Source of the DNA: Pyrobaculum arsenaticum DSM 13514
GTDB taxonomy: Archaea; Thermoproteota; Thermoprotei; Thermoproteales; Thermoproteaceae
Direction of reading: 5' to 3'
Assembly: GCF_000016385.1 (NCBI RefSeq)
Contig: NC_009376.1
Coordinates: 1,621,076-1,653,075 of the forward strand
Length of the DNA stretch: 32,000 nt
A program made the translations under genes and the position numbers. The notes below the pieces were generated by a model. It was not told where the DNA came from, ran no database searches, and was given only the letters and a program-made list of their open reading frames with translations. This document shows, piece by piece, positions 7,583 to 19,720 of this stretch. Within the stretch, counting starts at the first letter, position 1. Every line of letters begins with the position of its first letter.

Positions 7583-8164
7583 TTATCTACTGCGGGATCT
7601 CAGAATTCTGACCCACTCGTTGTCCAACGCCGGCGCTTCTGTCTGTCTCTCTGGCTGAGTCGGCGCCTGAGACGCGGCTTGGCGTCTGAACTCCTCTAGT
7701 CTCTGATCTACGTACTTCTTAAGCTTATCTAGAAGAGCCGCTTCGAGACCTTTAATCTCGGCCTTCAAGGACTCAAGCACCGCTGCCTTTACCGCCTCCG
7801 CCACTTTGTTAACATCCACTACTGGGACTTGCGCCTGGCGGGCTTTTGCGTATATCTTTATCTCAACTCCACCAGCTGGATCGACCAGCACCAGCCCTAT
7901 CCCCTGGTTTTTGAAAAACCGAGGATCCACGAAGGCCGAGCCGTCTGGCAACACGGCCAGATACGTCTTCGCTGCGTTGAGCCCCGCCAGCGCTGCGACT
8001 CTTTTGTAGAGCTCTGTCTCTTCGTACACCTCTGAGAGGTATACGTCCACAGCCACTTTGTTCAGCCCATCTTCAAACCACAACACATCTCCTTCCTCAC
8101 CCACAAACTTCATACCGAGAGTCTCAGAGAAGTACCTAATTACCAGTAGTTTTGGAAACTCCAC
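7583..8164 (-). CDS. Probable arcadin-2 (crenactin-binding regulator)
   Basis: The GTG start lies 2 nt after the crenactin stop. The size and position match the gene downstream of crenactin. The disordered tail ends in an amphipathic C-terminal segment, LDNEWVRILRSRSR. Confidence 0.55.
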   Translation of the reverse strand: MEFPKLLVIRYFSETLGMKFVGEEGDVLWFEDGLNKVAVDVYLSEVYEETELYKRVAALAGLNAAKTYLAVLPDGSAFVDPRFFKNQGIGLVLVDPAGGVEIKIYAKARQAQVPVVDVNKVAEAVKAAVLESLKAEIKGLEAALLDKLKKYVDQRLEEFRRQAASQAPTQPERQTEAPALDNEWVRILRSRSR

Positions 8165-8166
8165 AG

Positions 8167-9480
<1,314 letters not shown>

Positions 9481-9488
9481 CTACTTTT

Positions 9489-9830
9489 TTAACTTTCTGG
9501 CTTGATAGTAACGGTCCCACCTTCTACTTGTATAGCTACGACATCTCCCACATCAATATCGCCGTATATCTCTAGCTCCTCATCAGTGAGCCAGAGAGTA
9601 ACTCGGGGCACTGTTATCTTGCCCCCACCGAATGGAAGAGAGCGCACTATCTGCGTCACTAGAGGCATAACCTCCCGCATTAACTGAGCCGCTTGTTCAT
9701 CTTGTGCAGAAAAGGCAGCTACGGGGCCTGGAAGCTCCTTCTCCTCAATTATGTCGATCTTCACATACCTCGTACCGGCAGGGTCGTAGACAAGTTGCTT
9801 TGAAACAACTACGCCCCTAATTGCAACCAT
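9489..9830 (-). CDS. Probable arcadin-1 (113 aa), first gene of the crenactin operon
   Basis: It lies 23 nt upstream of crenactin on the same strand, with a TATA box upstream. The assignment rests on position only; there is no enzymatic motif. Confidence 0.5.
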   Translation of the reverse strand: MVAIRGVVVSKQLVYDPAGTRYVKIDIIEEKELPGPVAAFSAQDEQAAQLMREVMPLVTQIVRSLPFGGGKITVPRVTLWLTDEELEIYGDIDVGDVVAIQVEGGTVTIKPES

Positions 9831-9852
9831 AGAGCCTAAACCCGGCCTATCT

Positions 9853-9858
9853 TTAAAT
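9853..9858 (-). promoter_or_regulatory. TATA box of the crenactin/arcadin operon
   Basis: ATATTTAAAGATA on the minus strand has its core TTTAAA about 23 nt upstream of the ATG at 9830. It abuts the stop of the upstream nitroreductase gene. Confidence 0.45.
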
Positions 9859-9860
9859 AT

Positions 9861-10577
9861 TTACGTAAATCCCGTCTTCCTCAAGAGCTCCACTAGGACT
9901 TGCCCTCTCTCGTTGAAATAGCCTTCAGCACCCGCGTAGCGCTCTAGTAGCCTTAGCCAGTCTCCCGACCTGGTAATCTTCCCCATTATTTGATATGCTT
10001 GGCCCAGCTGAATGTCGGAATATGGCCTATACTCCTCTTTGTGGAAAAGCATATCTAGAGGTAGTCTAGGCCGCTGTGGGGGATCCTCGTCGGGTATCCC
10101 TATGACAAGCCCAAAAAGTGGATAAGTCAGAGGAGGCAGTTTTAACATATCGATAAGCTCTGCTACGGCGTTCTGGACGGCGCCTATAAAACAACTGCCG
10201 TAGCCCAAGGCAGTTGCGGCCAAGGCCATATTCTCGGCCGCCAACGCGGCGTCGACCGCCGCGAATAACAACAGCGACATTTTGTTCCTAGCCATCTCGC
10301 GGTTTCTGAATTTGAGCAATTCTCTTAGGCGGTATAGATCTGCGACAAATACAAAGAAGTCAGACCCCTCATCTACATGCGGCTGATTTATGAGCCTCGC
10401 GATCTCAGCCTTCTTCACATCGTCTCTTATCCAAACCGCACTCCATAGGTGGAGCGTGGCATCTGTCGGCGCCGCCCTACCCGCCTCCATAATCTTCGTA
10501 ATGTCCTCCTCTGGGATTTTCGCCCGCTTAAACTTCCTCACAGAGCGCCTCCTATGTACCGCTTCGAAGAAATCCAC
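9861..10577 (-). CDS. Nitroreductase-family FMN oxidoreductase
   Basis: FFEAVHRRRSVRKF...EDITKIMEAGRAAPT is the canonical nitroreductase N-terminus. Confidence 0.8.
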   Translation of the reverse strand: MDFFEAVHRRRSVRKFKRAKIPEEDITKIMEAGRAAPTDATLHLWSAVWIRDDVKKAEIARLINQPHVDEGSDFFVFVADLYRLRELLKFRNREMARNKMSLLLFAAVDAALAAENMALAATALGYGSCFIGAVQNAVAELIDMLKLPPLTYPLFGLVIGIPDEDPPQRPRLPLDMLFHKEEYRPYSDIQLGQAYQIMGKITRSGDWLRLLERYAGAEGYFNERGQVLVELLRKTGFT

Positions 10578-10621
10578 GACTAAATAGCAAAGAATTTATA
10601 TTATTCGCATCCTGTGGGGGC

Positions 10622-10843
10622 ATGGTGGCGCAAGAATTCCCTGAAGACTGGGAATACTCAGGCGGCGAGCTAGAAAAAACGCTGAAGGTAAGAGCTACAT
10701 GCCCGTACTGCAAGCATACTTTCGACGTGGAGATCGGCGAGTCTTGGTACAACATTGGGTTCAGCATCACGTGCCCCAAGTGCGGGAGGTCGTTCCCGAT
10801 AAACATGTACGGCAAAGTAATAGGGGTAGCCGGGGGGAAGTAA
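10622..10843 (+). CDS. Small zinc-ribbon protein (hypothetical)
   Basis: CPYC...CPKCG forms a Cys4 ribbon. A TATA-like AATTTATATTA lies about 24 nt upstream. Confidence 0.45.
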   Translation: MVAQEFPEDWEYSGGELEKTLKVRATCPYCKHTFDVEIGESWYNIGFSITCPKCGRSFPINMYGKVIGVAGGK

Positions 10844-10896
10844 AACTACTCTTATAATACCGCCGCCAGTTTTTATTGTTTCAAGTCACGTTTTTC

Positions 10897-11283
10897 ATGG
10901 ACCCTGTCAAGAAATTAGAAGAGGGGCTTAAAGAGCTGTACGATTCCAACGCGGGCAAGGTAGAACGGCAACCAGACGTAGACATTTACGACTTGGGCGA
11001 AAACCTTGTCATATACGTCGATCTGCCGGGGGTGAGAAAAGACAGCATAAAGGTGAGAGTATACGACAGATCTGTCGAAGTGGTGGCGTCACCCGCCCAG
11101 TACGAGGGAGGCGGTAAACCGCTTAGGAGGGAGAGGATTTCCAACTTCCCCGTGGCGAGAAAGATAGAGCTTCCCTTCAGGCTTAGAGTCGACAGCGCCA
11201 AGGCCGTATACAGAGACGGGGTGTTGCAAATCGTAATTGCTAAAGCGGGCGAGTACGGAGTCGCCGAGCTTAAGATAGACTAA
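10897..11283 (+). CDS. Hsp20/alpha-crystallin small heat-shock protein
   Basis: [25 protein letters not shown] ... [14 protein letters not shown] matches the family. I prefer the ATG at 10897 to the TTG at 10876 used by the ORF track. Confidence 0.85.
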   Translation: MDPVKKLEEGLKELYDSNAGKVERQPDVDIYDLGENLVIYVDLPGVRKDSIKVRVYDRSVEVVASPAQYEGGGKPLRRERISNFPVARKIELPFRLRVDSAKAVYRDGVLQIVIAKAGEYGVAELKID

Positions 11284-11831
11284 AGCCTAGCCCACGAGAA
11301 GCCGAGGAGGATCACCTCTCCCGTATTTTTCAACACTGTTGCCAGGGTGAAGGTCTTCTTGACGCTGTGGCCTAGTCGCCCTCCCCTAGTGATGTCAGTA
11401 GCCGATATGCCCTTATCCGGCTCGAGAAATACCACAACCATAGGAGCGTGGTCTATGCCGGGGCCTTTTTCGTAAACTGAGAATAGTGCTCCGAATTTTA
11501 GGCCGCTTTTCACGACATAGCCTAAGTCTCGGAAGTACTTGTAAATTTTGTAAATCTCGTCGAAATTTTTCAATTTCTCTCTGCCGAGCTCCACTAGCCT
11601 CGTCTGCGTTATTTTTTCCCCGCTATCGGTTACAACCTCTAGTACGCCCCTCTCGACGAGGTAAAGCGCCTCGTAAAGCGCAAGCACGAGCGGCGCATTT
11701 ATTCTGTCGACCTCCTCACGCTTAACTTTGTCATAGCCAAGAAAACGGCCATAGAATCCCTCTTTGTATAACCTCCTTCCAAACTCTACGTCTTCGACAA
11801 CTACGGCGAGTCCTCGTAAGACTCCTCTCAT
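11280..11831 (-). CDS. endA: tRNA-splicing endonuclease, catalytic subunit
   Basis: [11 protein letters not shown] and [31 protein letters not shown] carry the Tyr/His/Lys catalytic context of EndA. Confidence 0.85.
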   Translation of the reverse strand: MRGVLRGLAVVVEDVEFGRRLYKEGFYGRFLGYDKVKREEVDRINAPLVLALYEALYLVERGVLEVVTDSGEKITQTRLVELGREKLKNFDEIYKIYKYFRDLGYVVKSGLKFGALFSVYEKGPGIDHAPMVVVFLEPDKGISATDITRGGRLGHSVKKTFTLATVLKNTGEVILLGFSWARL

Positions 11832-12178
11832 TTCTTTCTTATAGTCACGACGGTGTTCTCCGCCACCCCGAGAGCTCTCAAATCCTCAGGAGATACGTGG
11901 ACCTCCCCCGAGGGAATTTTATCACTCATTACCGCCTTGAAGATCTTTTTCCTCTCGTGGGACGATCCACCAGGCGCTACCACCTCCACTTCAGACGGTT
12001 TGTCTAAAGCCTCGTAGAGATCTGGAGGAATTTTTGCAACCCCCTCGTCTATGCCGTCCTCGCCCCTAATCTTCACTCTACGCTCGGCTTTTTTCTGCTC
12101 CTTTTTCTCTTGTTGCGGTGTCAAGAACGGCGGTATCAACAGCTTACGCCCACGCTCTACTTCCTTATCCTCTGGCAT
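11828..12178 (-). CDS. Hypothetical 116-aa protein, Lys/Glu-rich N-terminus plus small beta-barrel-like C-terminus
   Basis: It overlaps endA in an ATGA start/stop junction. [13 protein letters not shown]...EVEVV and [25 protein letters not shown] resemble AbrB/VatN-type cradle-loop barrel half-repeats. This is a weak, by-eye call. Confidence 0.45.
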   Translation of the reverse strand: MPEDKEVERGRKLLIPPFLTPQQEKKEQKKAERRVKIRGEDGIDEGVAKIPPDLYEALDKPSEVEVVAPGGSSHERKKIFKAVMSDKIPSGEVHVSPEDLRALGVAENTVVTIRKK

Positions 12179-12207
12179 ATCTAAACATAAAGCACTACCT
12201 TATAAAC

Positions 12208-13965
12208 TTAGACAGGCGTGGCGCCGAGGGCCTTAGCCGCCTCGTCAAAAGAGGTGCCTTTCCTAACCGCCGCCAAGAATTTCGCCACGTCCCTCAGCCC
12301 TATCCGCACCTGCTTGCGGGTATCCCTGTCGCGTATGGTGACGGTGCCGTCTGTTGGGGTCCTCTCGTCAATCGTCACCGCAAGCGGCACACCGATTTCG
12401 TCACACGCCGCGTATCGACTGCCGATTGTTCCCTCGTCGTCGTACCATGCTAAAAAGCCCTCCGTCGCCAGTTCCTTCCGCAGAGACCGGCCTATCTCCA
12501 CGTAGTCCTGCCTTTTGACAATGGGCAGGATACACACGTTGATAGGCGCGACGTCTGCCGGGAGCCTCAAGTAGACGCGCCCACCCTCTTCCGCCACTGC
12601 GTATTCCAAAACCGCGTACATAATCCTATCGAGGCCAAAAGAAGGCTCCACCACATGCGGGATAAACTTCTCGAGGTCGGTTTTGCGCTTCTCTGTCTTT
12701 ATAAATACCATGTCACGAGTTACGATGTACTCGCCAACGGTCACCTCTTGCTTCCCCTCGCCGAATGTCTTAGCTACATACGCCTCGTTTTCTTTTATTG
12801 CCTTTATGACCTCTCCTATTCTATCCCCGTACTTCTCCCTTATGGCGTTGGGGTTGGGATAGATCCTCACCACTTCTACCTCCTTAGGGGCTGGAAGACG
12901 CCTCTCTAGGTACATCTCACGGCCGCTGTGCCTCATATGGCCGGAGAGGTCGTAGTCGGTGCGGTAGGCGTGGCCCGATACCTCCACCCAGCCGAAGCGC
13001 TCTGTCAACACCATCTGGTCGTAGGACTTAGCCGAGTAGTGGGCCCTCTCGTGTGGGAGCTTACCCAAGAACTTCTGCCTCTCCAGGGGAACTCCCAGCT
13101 CTTTGAGGAACTTGGCGGCTAGGGCCATGAAGAAGGCCATCCACTCGTTTGCGTATCCCCTCGCCGCTACTTCCCTCGCCGTTAGGAAAAGGGGCTCTGT
13201 CTGACCCTTAGCCACGAACTCCTCCGGCACGATAGGGATTTCAAGCCCCTCCACCTCGGCGAAGTAGGGACACTTGGGGTTCTGAGGGTCGAAGAAGAGC
13301 TCTATCTCCATCTGTGTGAATTCCCTCAGCCTCATGAGTCCGCCCCGAGGCGAGATCTCGTTGCGCGCCACCCTCCCTATCTGCGCAACGCCGAAGGGGT
13401 GGCGTCGCCCCACGTACTCCGCGAGGCGGGGAAAAGCTACGAATATTCCCTGAGCCGTTTCGGGTCTTAGATAGCCTGCGTTTTCGCTGTAGGGCCCAAT
13501 CGTCGTCTTGAAGAGGAGGTTAAAAGACTCAACCCTCCCGAGAGGGCCGCCGCAGTTGGGGCAGACAATTCTGTGCTCCACTATTAAGCGCTCCAGCTCA
13601 GCCGCCGAGAGACCCTCTGTGGATATCTTGAGGCCCCTCTTGGCCAGCTCCTCCTCCACAAGGTGGTCGGCTCTGTATTTCCTCCCGCACTTGGTGCACC
13701 CCACCACGTAGTCGGTGAAGTGGTCAAGGTGGCCCGACGCCTTGAAGACGGGCTCCGGCATAATTATGGGCGTCTCCACCTCAATTATGAGGTCTTGGAA
13801 GGGCAAGACGAAGGTTCGGCGCCACTTCTCCACTATGTTCCGCCTCAGCTGAACCCCCAGCGGGCCATAGTCGTAGAAGCCGCCCACGCCGCCGTAAATC
13901 TCAGATGAGGGCCAGTAGAGCAAGCGGCGTTTTATAATTTCTTCCAGTAGCTCAGCTCGGCGCAT
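12208..13965 (-). CDS. glyS: Glycyl-tRNA synthetase (archaeal/eukaryotic class II type)
   Basis: SSEIYGGVGGFYDYGPLG, RPETAQGIF and FRNEISPRGGLMRLREFTQ-like motifs are present. Confidence 0.95.
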   Translation of the reverse strand: MRRAELLEEIIKRRLLYWPSSEIYGGVGGFYDYGPLGVQLRRNIVEKWRRTFVLPFQDLIIEVETPIIMPEPVFKASGHLDHFTDYVVGCTKCGRKYRADHLVEEELAKRGLKISTEGLSAAELERLIVEHRIVCPNCGGPLGRVESFNLLFKTTIGPYSENAGYLRPETAQGIFVAFPRLAEYVGRRHPFGVAQIGRVARNEISPRGGLMRLREFTQMEIELFFDPQNPKCPYFAEVEGLEIPIVPEEFVAKGQTEPLFLTAREVAARGYANEWMAFFMALAAKFLKELGVPLERQKFLGKLPHERAHYSAKSYDQMVLTERFGWVEVSGHAYRTDYDLSGHMRHSGREMYLERRLPAPKEVEVVRIYPNPNAIREKYGDRIGEVIKAIKENEAYVAKTFGEGKQEVTVGEYIVTRDMVFIKTEKRKTDLEKFIPHVVEPSFGLDRIMYAVLEYAVAEEGGRVYLRLPADVAPINVCILPIVKRQDYVEIGRSLRKELATEGFLAWYDDEGTIGSRYAACDEIGVPLAVTIDERTPTDGTVTIRDRDTRKQVRIGLRDVAKFLAAVRKGTSFDEAAKALGATPV

Positions 13966-14011
13966 TGACGGCAGTCAGCCACAATATTTAAGTCTTTACC
14001 GTCTCGCAACC

Positions 14012-14902
14012 ATGCGCCCCTCTACGAGGCTGTGGCTTGCGTCTCTTTACTTGTTTATAATGGGCACAGTATCCCTTTCATACACCTTAGTAGAGCTTCT
14101 GCTCGGGTGGATGTACCAGAGTCTCTTGGTCATAAGCGATGCGTTCCACGGCTTTATGGATGCGGCGGTGGCGTATATAGCCGGTTTCGGCCTCTACTAC
14201 GCGTCGAGGAGGGGCAAGTCATTTCCCTGGGATCTTTACAGACTCGAAAGCCTCTTGACATTATTATTGGTGCTGGCAGTGGTAATCCTCTATACATATA
14301 TGGTTGCTACGTCTCCTGCGCCGAGCACTGAGCCGACTCCCCTCTGGATGGCCTTGCTACTGTTAGCCGGGGGCGCAATGACATATCTCATATATCTTTG
14401 GGAAAGACACAACTACAAGATTCTGCGTCTGGAGATCCTCAAGGCCGATGCTGTGCACGCTAAGGTGGACTCCATCCTCTCAGGTGCGTCCACCTTGGCA
14501 GTAGTAATGAGCAACTTATTACATGTAACTATAGCGGAGACTATTGCGGTATTTGCGATATATGCCTACGTGATTTTCGAATTTTCAAGACTCGCTAAAG
14601 AGGCTACATACGGCATCTTGGGCGCTCTCTACAAAGATACTGAACTAGAGGGAAAGATTAGAGACTCTTTAACAGAACTCGGCGTTCCGATAGACGTAAA
14701 GATAAGAAGAGCCGGTAGCTTCTTAGTAGTTCACGCACTAGTCGGCGTCTCACCAGAGATGACAGTGGGAAAACTCCACAGCGTCAGATCCAGGGCAATT
14801 AAAGCAATATCAAAGCTACATCCCCTAATAGTCCACGTAGACATTAAGGTAGTGCCGAGACGCAAAATCTTTAAGCGGGCGGAGAGGGGAGGGCGTGCTT
14901 AA
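14012..14902 (+). CDS. Cation diffusion facilitator (CDF) family metal transporter
   Basis: There are six hydrophobic segments, ISDAFHGFMDAAV in TM2, and a C-terminal cytoplasmic domain. Confidence 0.7.
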   Translation: MRPSTRLWLASLYLFIMGTVSLSYTLVELLLGWMYQSLLVISDAFHGFMDAAVAYIAGFGLYYASRRGKSFPWDLYRLESLLTLLLVLAVVILYTYMVATSPAPSTEPTPLWMALLLLAGGAMTYLIYLWERHNYKILRLEILKADAVHAKVDSILSGASTLAVVMSNLLHVTIAETIAVFAIYAYVIFEFSRLAKEATYGILGALYKDTELEGKIRDSLTELGVPIDVKIRRAGSFLVVHALVGVSPEMTVGKLHSVRSRAIKAISKLHPLIVHVDIKVVPRRKIFKRAERGGRA

Positions 14903-15701
14903 AGCAATCTGCCGCGAAAGCGACGTAAAGCTAATCGGGGCACCAATGGAGGACACAGTGAGCTTCAGGCCAGGGACGCGCTTTGCTCCCCAGAGGATAA
15001 GGCAGATTTTGCCGTATCTGGAATATACCACGCTGTTTGGCAACGTGGCGAAGCCCTTGTGCGACTTAGGCGACGTCGAGTTGCTACAAGGCAGGCCGGA
15101 GGAAAACGTGGAGATGATAAAAAAGGCGTTGCAGAAGGCAGAGCCGCCCTTTCTCATGCTCGGCGGGGAGCACACGGTGACATACGCCGCGTTGAAAGTC
15201 GTCAAGCCGGATACCTACGTGCATATAGACGCCCACTTCGACCTCCGCAACGAGTGGCCTCCCGGGCAGAGGCTCTCGCACGCCACCTTCGCCCGGAGAG
15301 CCCACGAGGAGCTCGGATTCTACGCCATATACATAGGCGTGAGGGCCTACGATGACGAGGAGCGGAAATATGCAGAGGAAGCAGGCTTCTTCGTAGTTAG
15401 GGGTAGCGACTTCACTAGAGAAGTGGTTTCCGATGCCGTGTCGACCGCCTCCGGGAGGGTATACCTAAGCCTAGACATAGACGTCCTTGACCCTTCCGAG
15501 GCGCCGGGCGTCGGCACCCCGGAAGCAGGGGGGCTCACTTTCAAAAAACTGGAATACCTATTAACGGACCTCATGCTGGCTCTTAAGCCCGTGGCCGTGG
15601 ACATCGTTGAATACTCCCCGCCTAACGACGTGTCGGACATAACAGCCACAAAGGTAGCTAGACTTCTCATGCACATGGCGTCGCTCCTACAAAAACAGTG
15701 A
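14895..15701 (+). CDS. speB: Agmatinase (arginase/ureohydrolase family)
   Basis: GGEHTVTY, HIDAHFDLR and SLDIDVLDPSEAPGVGTPEAGG are Mn-binding motifs. Confidence 0.85.
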   Translation: MLKAICRESDVKLIGAPMEDTVSFRPGTRFAPQRIRQILPYLEYTTLFGNVAKPLCDLGDVELLQGRPEENVEMIKKALQKAEPPFLMLGGEHTVTYAALKVVKPDTYVHIDAHFDLRNEWPPGQRLSHATFARRAHEELGFYAIYIGVRAYDDEERKYAEEAGFFVVRGSDFTREVVSDAVSTASGRVYLSLDIDVLDPSEAPGVGTPEAGGLTFKKLEYLLTDLMLALKPVAVDIVEYSPPNDVSDITATKVARLLMHMASLLQKQ

Positions 15702-15714
15702 CCCACCCAGTAAA

Positions 15715-15765
15715 TCAGCCAGTATGCCTCTCTTCATACTCAGCCGCGAGCTACCTCTTCATCAC
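15715..15765 (-). ncRNA. Box C/D sRNA candidate (target unknown)
   Basis: The minus strand reads GTGATGA-15 nt-CTGA-GT-ATGAAGA-12 nt-CTGA. It lies in the intergenic spacer between speB and the NMNAT gene. Confidence 0.55.
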
Positions 15766-15807
15766 TTGCCTAGAGACACAGTTTAAAAAAGATGCTCAGC
15801 AAAACCT

Positions 15808-16320
15808 GTGCGGGCGCTGTTAGTAGGGCGCTTCCAACCTCTCCACTGGGGCCACGTAAAGGTCGTAGAATGGCTACTTACACATTACGATGAGGTGGTG
15901 ATCGCGATAGGCTCTGCAGATAAGTCGCTGACGGCGGACAACCCCTTCACCCCAGGTGAGCGAATTGAGATGTTCAGGAGGCACTTTGGCGCCAACTGCC
16001 GCCTCCTCTATTGCGCCGTGCCGGACACAAACGGCCCCACGAGTCTCTGGGGTGCATATCTGCGCCACTGGTGCCCCCAGCACCACGTGGTCTATTCCAA
16101 CAACCCATGGGTGGCGGCCGCCCTCTCCTTTTGGGGGATAGAGGTCAGAACCCATCCCCGTTTCGGCGAGTACTCCGCCACCTCGATAAGGGCGTTAATT
16201 GCCCAGGGAAGTGATGAGTGGAGACAAATGGTCCCCCCCGCAGTGGCCGAGTACTTAGAGGAGATAGGTGCAGTGGAGAGGATCAGATCTCTATACGCCG
16301 CCGAAAAAACGTTTAAATAG
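15808..16320 (+). CDS. Nicotinamide-nucleotide adenylyltransferase (archaeal NMNAT)
   Basis: The N-terminus is LVGRFQPLHWGH. A TATA-like GTTTAAAAAAG lies about 22 nt upstream of the GTG start. Confidence 0.85.
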   Translation: MRALLVGRFQPLHWGHVKVVEWLLTHYDEVVIAIGSADKSLTADNPFTPGERIEMFRRHFGANCRLLYCAVPDTNGPTSLWGAYLRHWCPQHHVVYSNNPWVAAALSFWGIEVRTHPRFGEYSATSIRALIAQGSDEWRQMVPPAVAEYLEEIGAVERIRSLYAAEKTFK

Positions 16321-16338
16321 AGAGAAAAGGCGAGAGCC

Positions 16339-16497
16339 GTGGTCGAGGAGAGGAAGCTCTACATATGCATGCGCTGTGGCCGCACTTTCAGTAGATCGGA
16401 AATGGAGATCCTCCCAGGTATTAGATGTCCTTACTGTAACTTCAAGATCATAATGAAGGTGCGGTCACCAACGGTCAAGAGAATCCCGGCTGTCTAA
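16339..16497 (+). CDS. rpoP: DNA-directed RNA polymerase subunit P (Rpo12/RPABC4), 52 aa; not in the ORF track
   Basis: Hand translation gives [52 protein letters not shown]. The CxxC-x16-CxxC ribbon followed by a basic tail is typical of RpoP. Confidence 0.8.
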   Translation: MVEERKLYICMRCGRTFSRSEMEILPGIRCPYCNFKIIMKVRSPTVKRIPAV

Positions 16498-16730
16498 TGG
16501 CGGTCGATTTTTCCCAAATTGCTGAACAGTTCCGCAAGTCTAAGATTGCAGAGGCACTGCGCATCGACGTCGTGGGCAACAGACTTCTTGTAGATGTCGA
16601 AACAGGCAAGATCCGTGGTTTCTTTATCGCTGTTAGGAGAGGGAGGTTGCGTATGAAAGTAGACGGTTACACCGTAGTCTGGGACCCAGAAACAGATTCT
16701 GTTATATGGGCTGGAGGGAGGGGAACATAG
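16497..16730 (+). CDS. Hypothetical 77-aa protein, translationally coupled to rpoP (TAATG)
   Basis: ORF only. Its ATG overlaps the rpoP stop by one base. Confidence 0.4.
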   Translation: MAVDFSQIAEQFRKSKIAEALRIDVVGNRLLVDVETGKIRGFFIAVRRGRLRMKVDGYTVVWDPETDSVIWAGGRGT

Positions 16731-16830
16731 AGAAGAGGTGGCAGGAGCCTCACAGCCTCCTGGCTATGCTTCCTCTAATTGACTGACTAGACGTGTGGGG
16801 TTGCACCGGTATATGTCGCTACGTAAATCC

Positions 16831-18400
<1,570 letters not shown>

Positions 18401-18423
18401 GCCACGTCTCAACAAGAGGATAT

Positions 18424-19020
18424 TTAAGACTTCTGCTGCCTAGCCTTTAAGAAAAGGCTGACTATGTACTCCGCGGCTATCTCCGCATGTTCATACGGCC
18501 TGCTCTGCGGCTTCCCCCTAAAACTTAGTACATGCACTGTGCTCTCGCTTGCATTTGCAGCCGCGAAGGCGTAGTATCTGTTGGCTTGTTGGTGCATCTC
18601 AATGTCTTCTGGGGATTCCTCATCTCTAAACCTATCTGGGTCTTTCTTGCGTCTTTCGAGAATATCTTTGGGATCGTACTCGACTAGCAATATCACGTCG
18701 GGCTTTAGCTTAGAAACAACTCTGTCGGGGAGGCCTGGGTAGTAGCCGCCACCTATCTTAATGGAGGCGTGAGTGTCTATCAAGACATCGCCGGGCAGGG
18801 AGGCGATGTACTCTGCGGCTTCTTCTTGGATTTTCCTATACTCCTCTATTGGTATTTTCTTTCTCATCTCATCTCTGTGCTGTATCCCAAATTTCTTTTT
18901 GGAAATTTCTAACATTACATCTCCGTAGTTTACTATCTTGACATCTGGAAGTTTCTGCCTGACATAGTTCATTATAGTTGTCTTTCCGCTCCCAGGCACA
19001 GCTACTAGAACTACCTTCAT
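18424..19020 (-). CDS. adkA: Adenylate kinase, archaeal type
   Basis: The P-loop is VAVPGSGKTT. HRDEMRK and IDTHASIK are also present. Confidence 0.85.
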   Translation of the reverse strand: MKVVLVAVPGSGKTTIMNYVRQKLPDVKIVNYGDVMLEISKKKFGIQHRDEMRKKIPIEEYRKIQEEAAEYIASLPGDVLIDTHASIKIGGGYYPGLPDRVVSKLKPDVILLVEYDPKDILERRKKDPDRFRDEESPEDIEMHQQANRYYAFAAANASESTVHVLSFRGKPQSRPYEHAEIAAEYIVSLFLKARQQKS

Positions 19021-19682
19021 AAACTTCTGTGAATTCCTTCTTTTAAAGCTTTACTCAAATTTACATATCTCAGCTGAGGAGAAGCGTCGTTGACAATAGC
19101 CCTTCCGACTATAACCACATCTACATTGACCCCCCTTTTTAGTATGAGCTCGATCTCGCGCTCTGAGATACCCCCCGCTACCCCTACGCCGACTCCCAAG
19201 CCTTTAATTATAGTGGCAATATCCAGAAGATTTTCAAACGTAAGACCTGTTCTTTTCTGTACGTCTATCCCGAGGTGAACTACAAACATGTCAGGCCGTA
19301 CCACCTCTAGTATTTCTCTTGCCCTAGCTTCGGGGTTTTGGACACCTATGAGATCCACTATGCTTTTCAAACCAAGCCCTCTTCCCTCTTTTACGAATTC
19401 CTCTATTGTCTCGATATTCGTGGCGCCCATAACCGTAGCCCAGTCTGCGCCGAATTCCCAGGCAAGCCGCGCCTCAAGTGCGCCTACATCTGCAGTTTTT
19501 AAGTCGGCGACCACCTCGGCTTTGGGGCACGCTACTTTCACCGCGCTCACAGACGGTAATCCGTACGTCTTGATCAACGGGGTGCCTACCTCCACCACTT
19601 CAAGGCCAACTTTGCAGAGATCTTTTGTTAACTGTATCGCCTTTCTAATATCGGTTATGTCTAGCGCGACTTGTAGCCTCAC
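19017..19682 (-). CDS. 3-Hexulose-6-phosphate synthase (OMP-decarboxylase fold)
   Basis: LQVALDITD, VEVGTPLIKTYG, VVADLKTADVG, VAGGI and VIVGRAI align along the whole length with the recalled B. subtilis HxlA. Confidence 0.7.
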   Translation of the reverse strand: MRLQVALDITDIRKAIQLTKDLCKVGLEVVEVGTPLIKTYGLPSVSAVKVACPKAEVVADLKTADVGALEARLAWEFGADWATVMGATNIETIEEFVKEGRGLGLKSIVDLIGVQNPEARAREILEVVRPDMFVVHLGIDVQKRTGLTFENLLDIATIIKGLGVGVGVAGGISEREIELILKRGVNVDVVIVGRAIVNDASPQLRYVNLSKALKEGIHRSL

Positions 19683-19720
19683 AGGGCTAGAGAAGTAATA
19701 GTTTAAAACAGACCTCGCCT

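Noticed and set aside
7583-8164. The N-terminal domain of the arcadin-2 candidate, considered as a PD-(D/E)xK nuclease (VAVDVY ... AAKTYLAV).
   Set aside because: There is no (D/E)-x-K triad in register. The resemblance is limited to a beta-strand pattern.
14825-15706. Minus-strand ORFs 14825-15205 and 15347-15706, and plus-strand alternate-frame ORFs, within the agmatinase gene.
   Set aside because: They overlap a CDS that carries unambiguous Mn-binding arginase-family motifs. They are low-complexity, Ser/Arg/Pro-rich shadow frames.
16211-16217. GTGATGA inside the NMNAT coding region, considered as a C box. Similar hits occur at 30029-30035 and 25754-25760.
   Set aside because: There is no CTGA at the required 12-nt register and no C'/D' pair. 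All of these lie inside well-supported CDSs.
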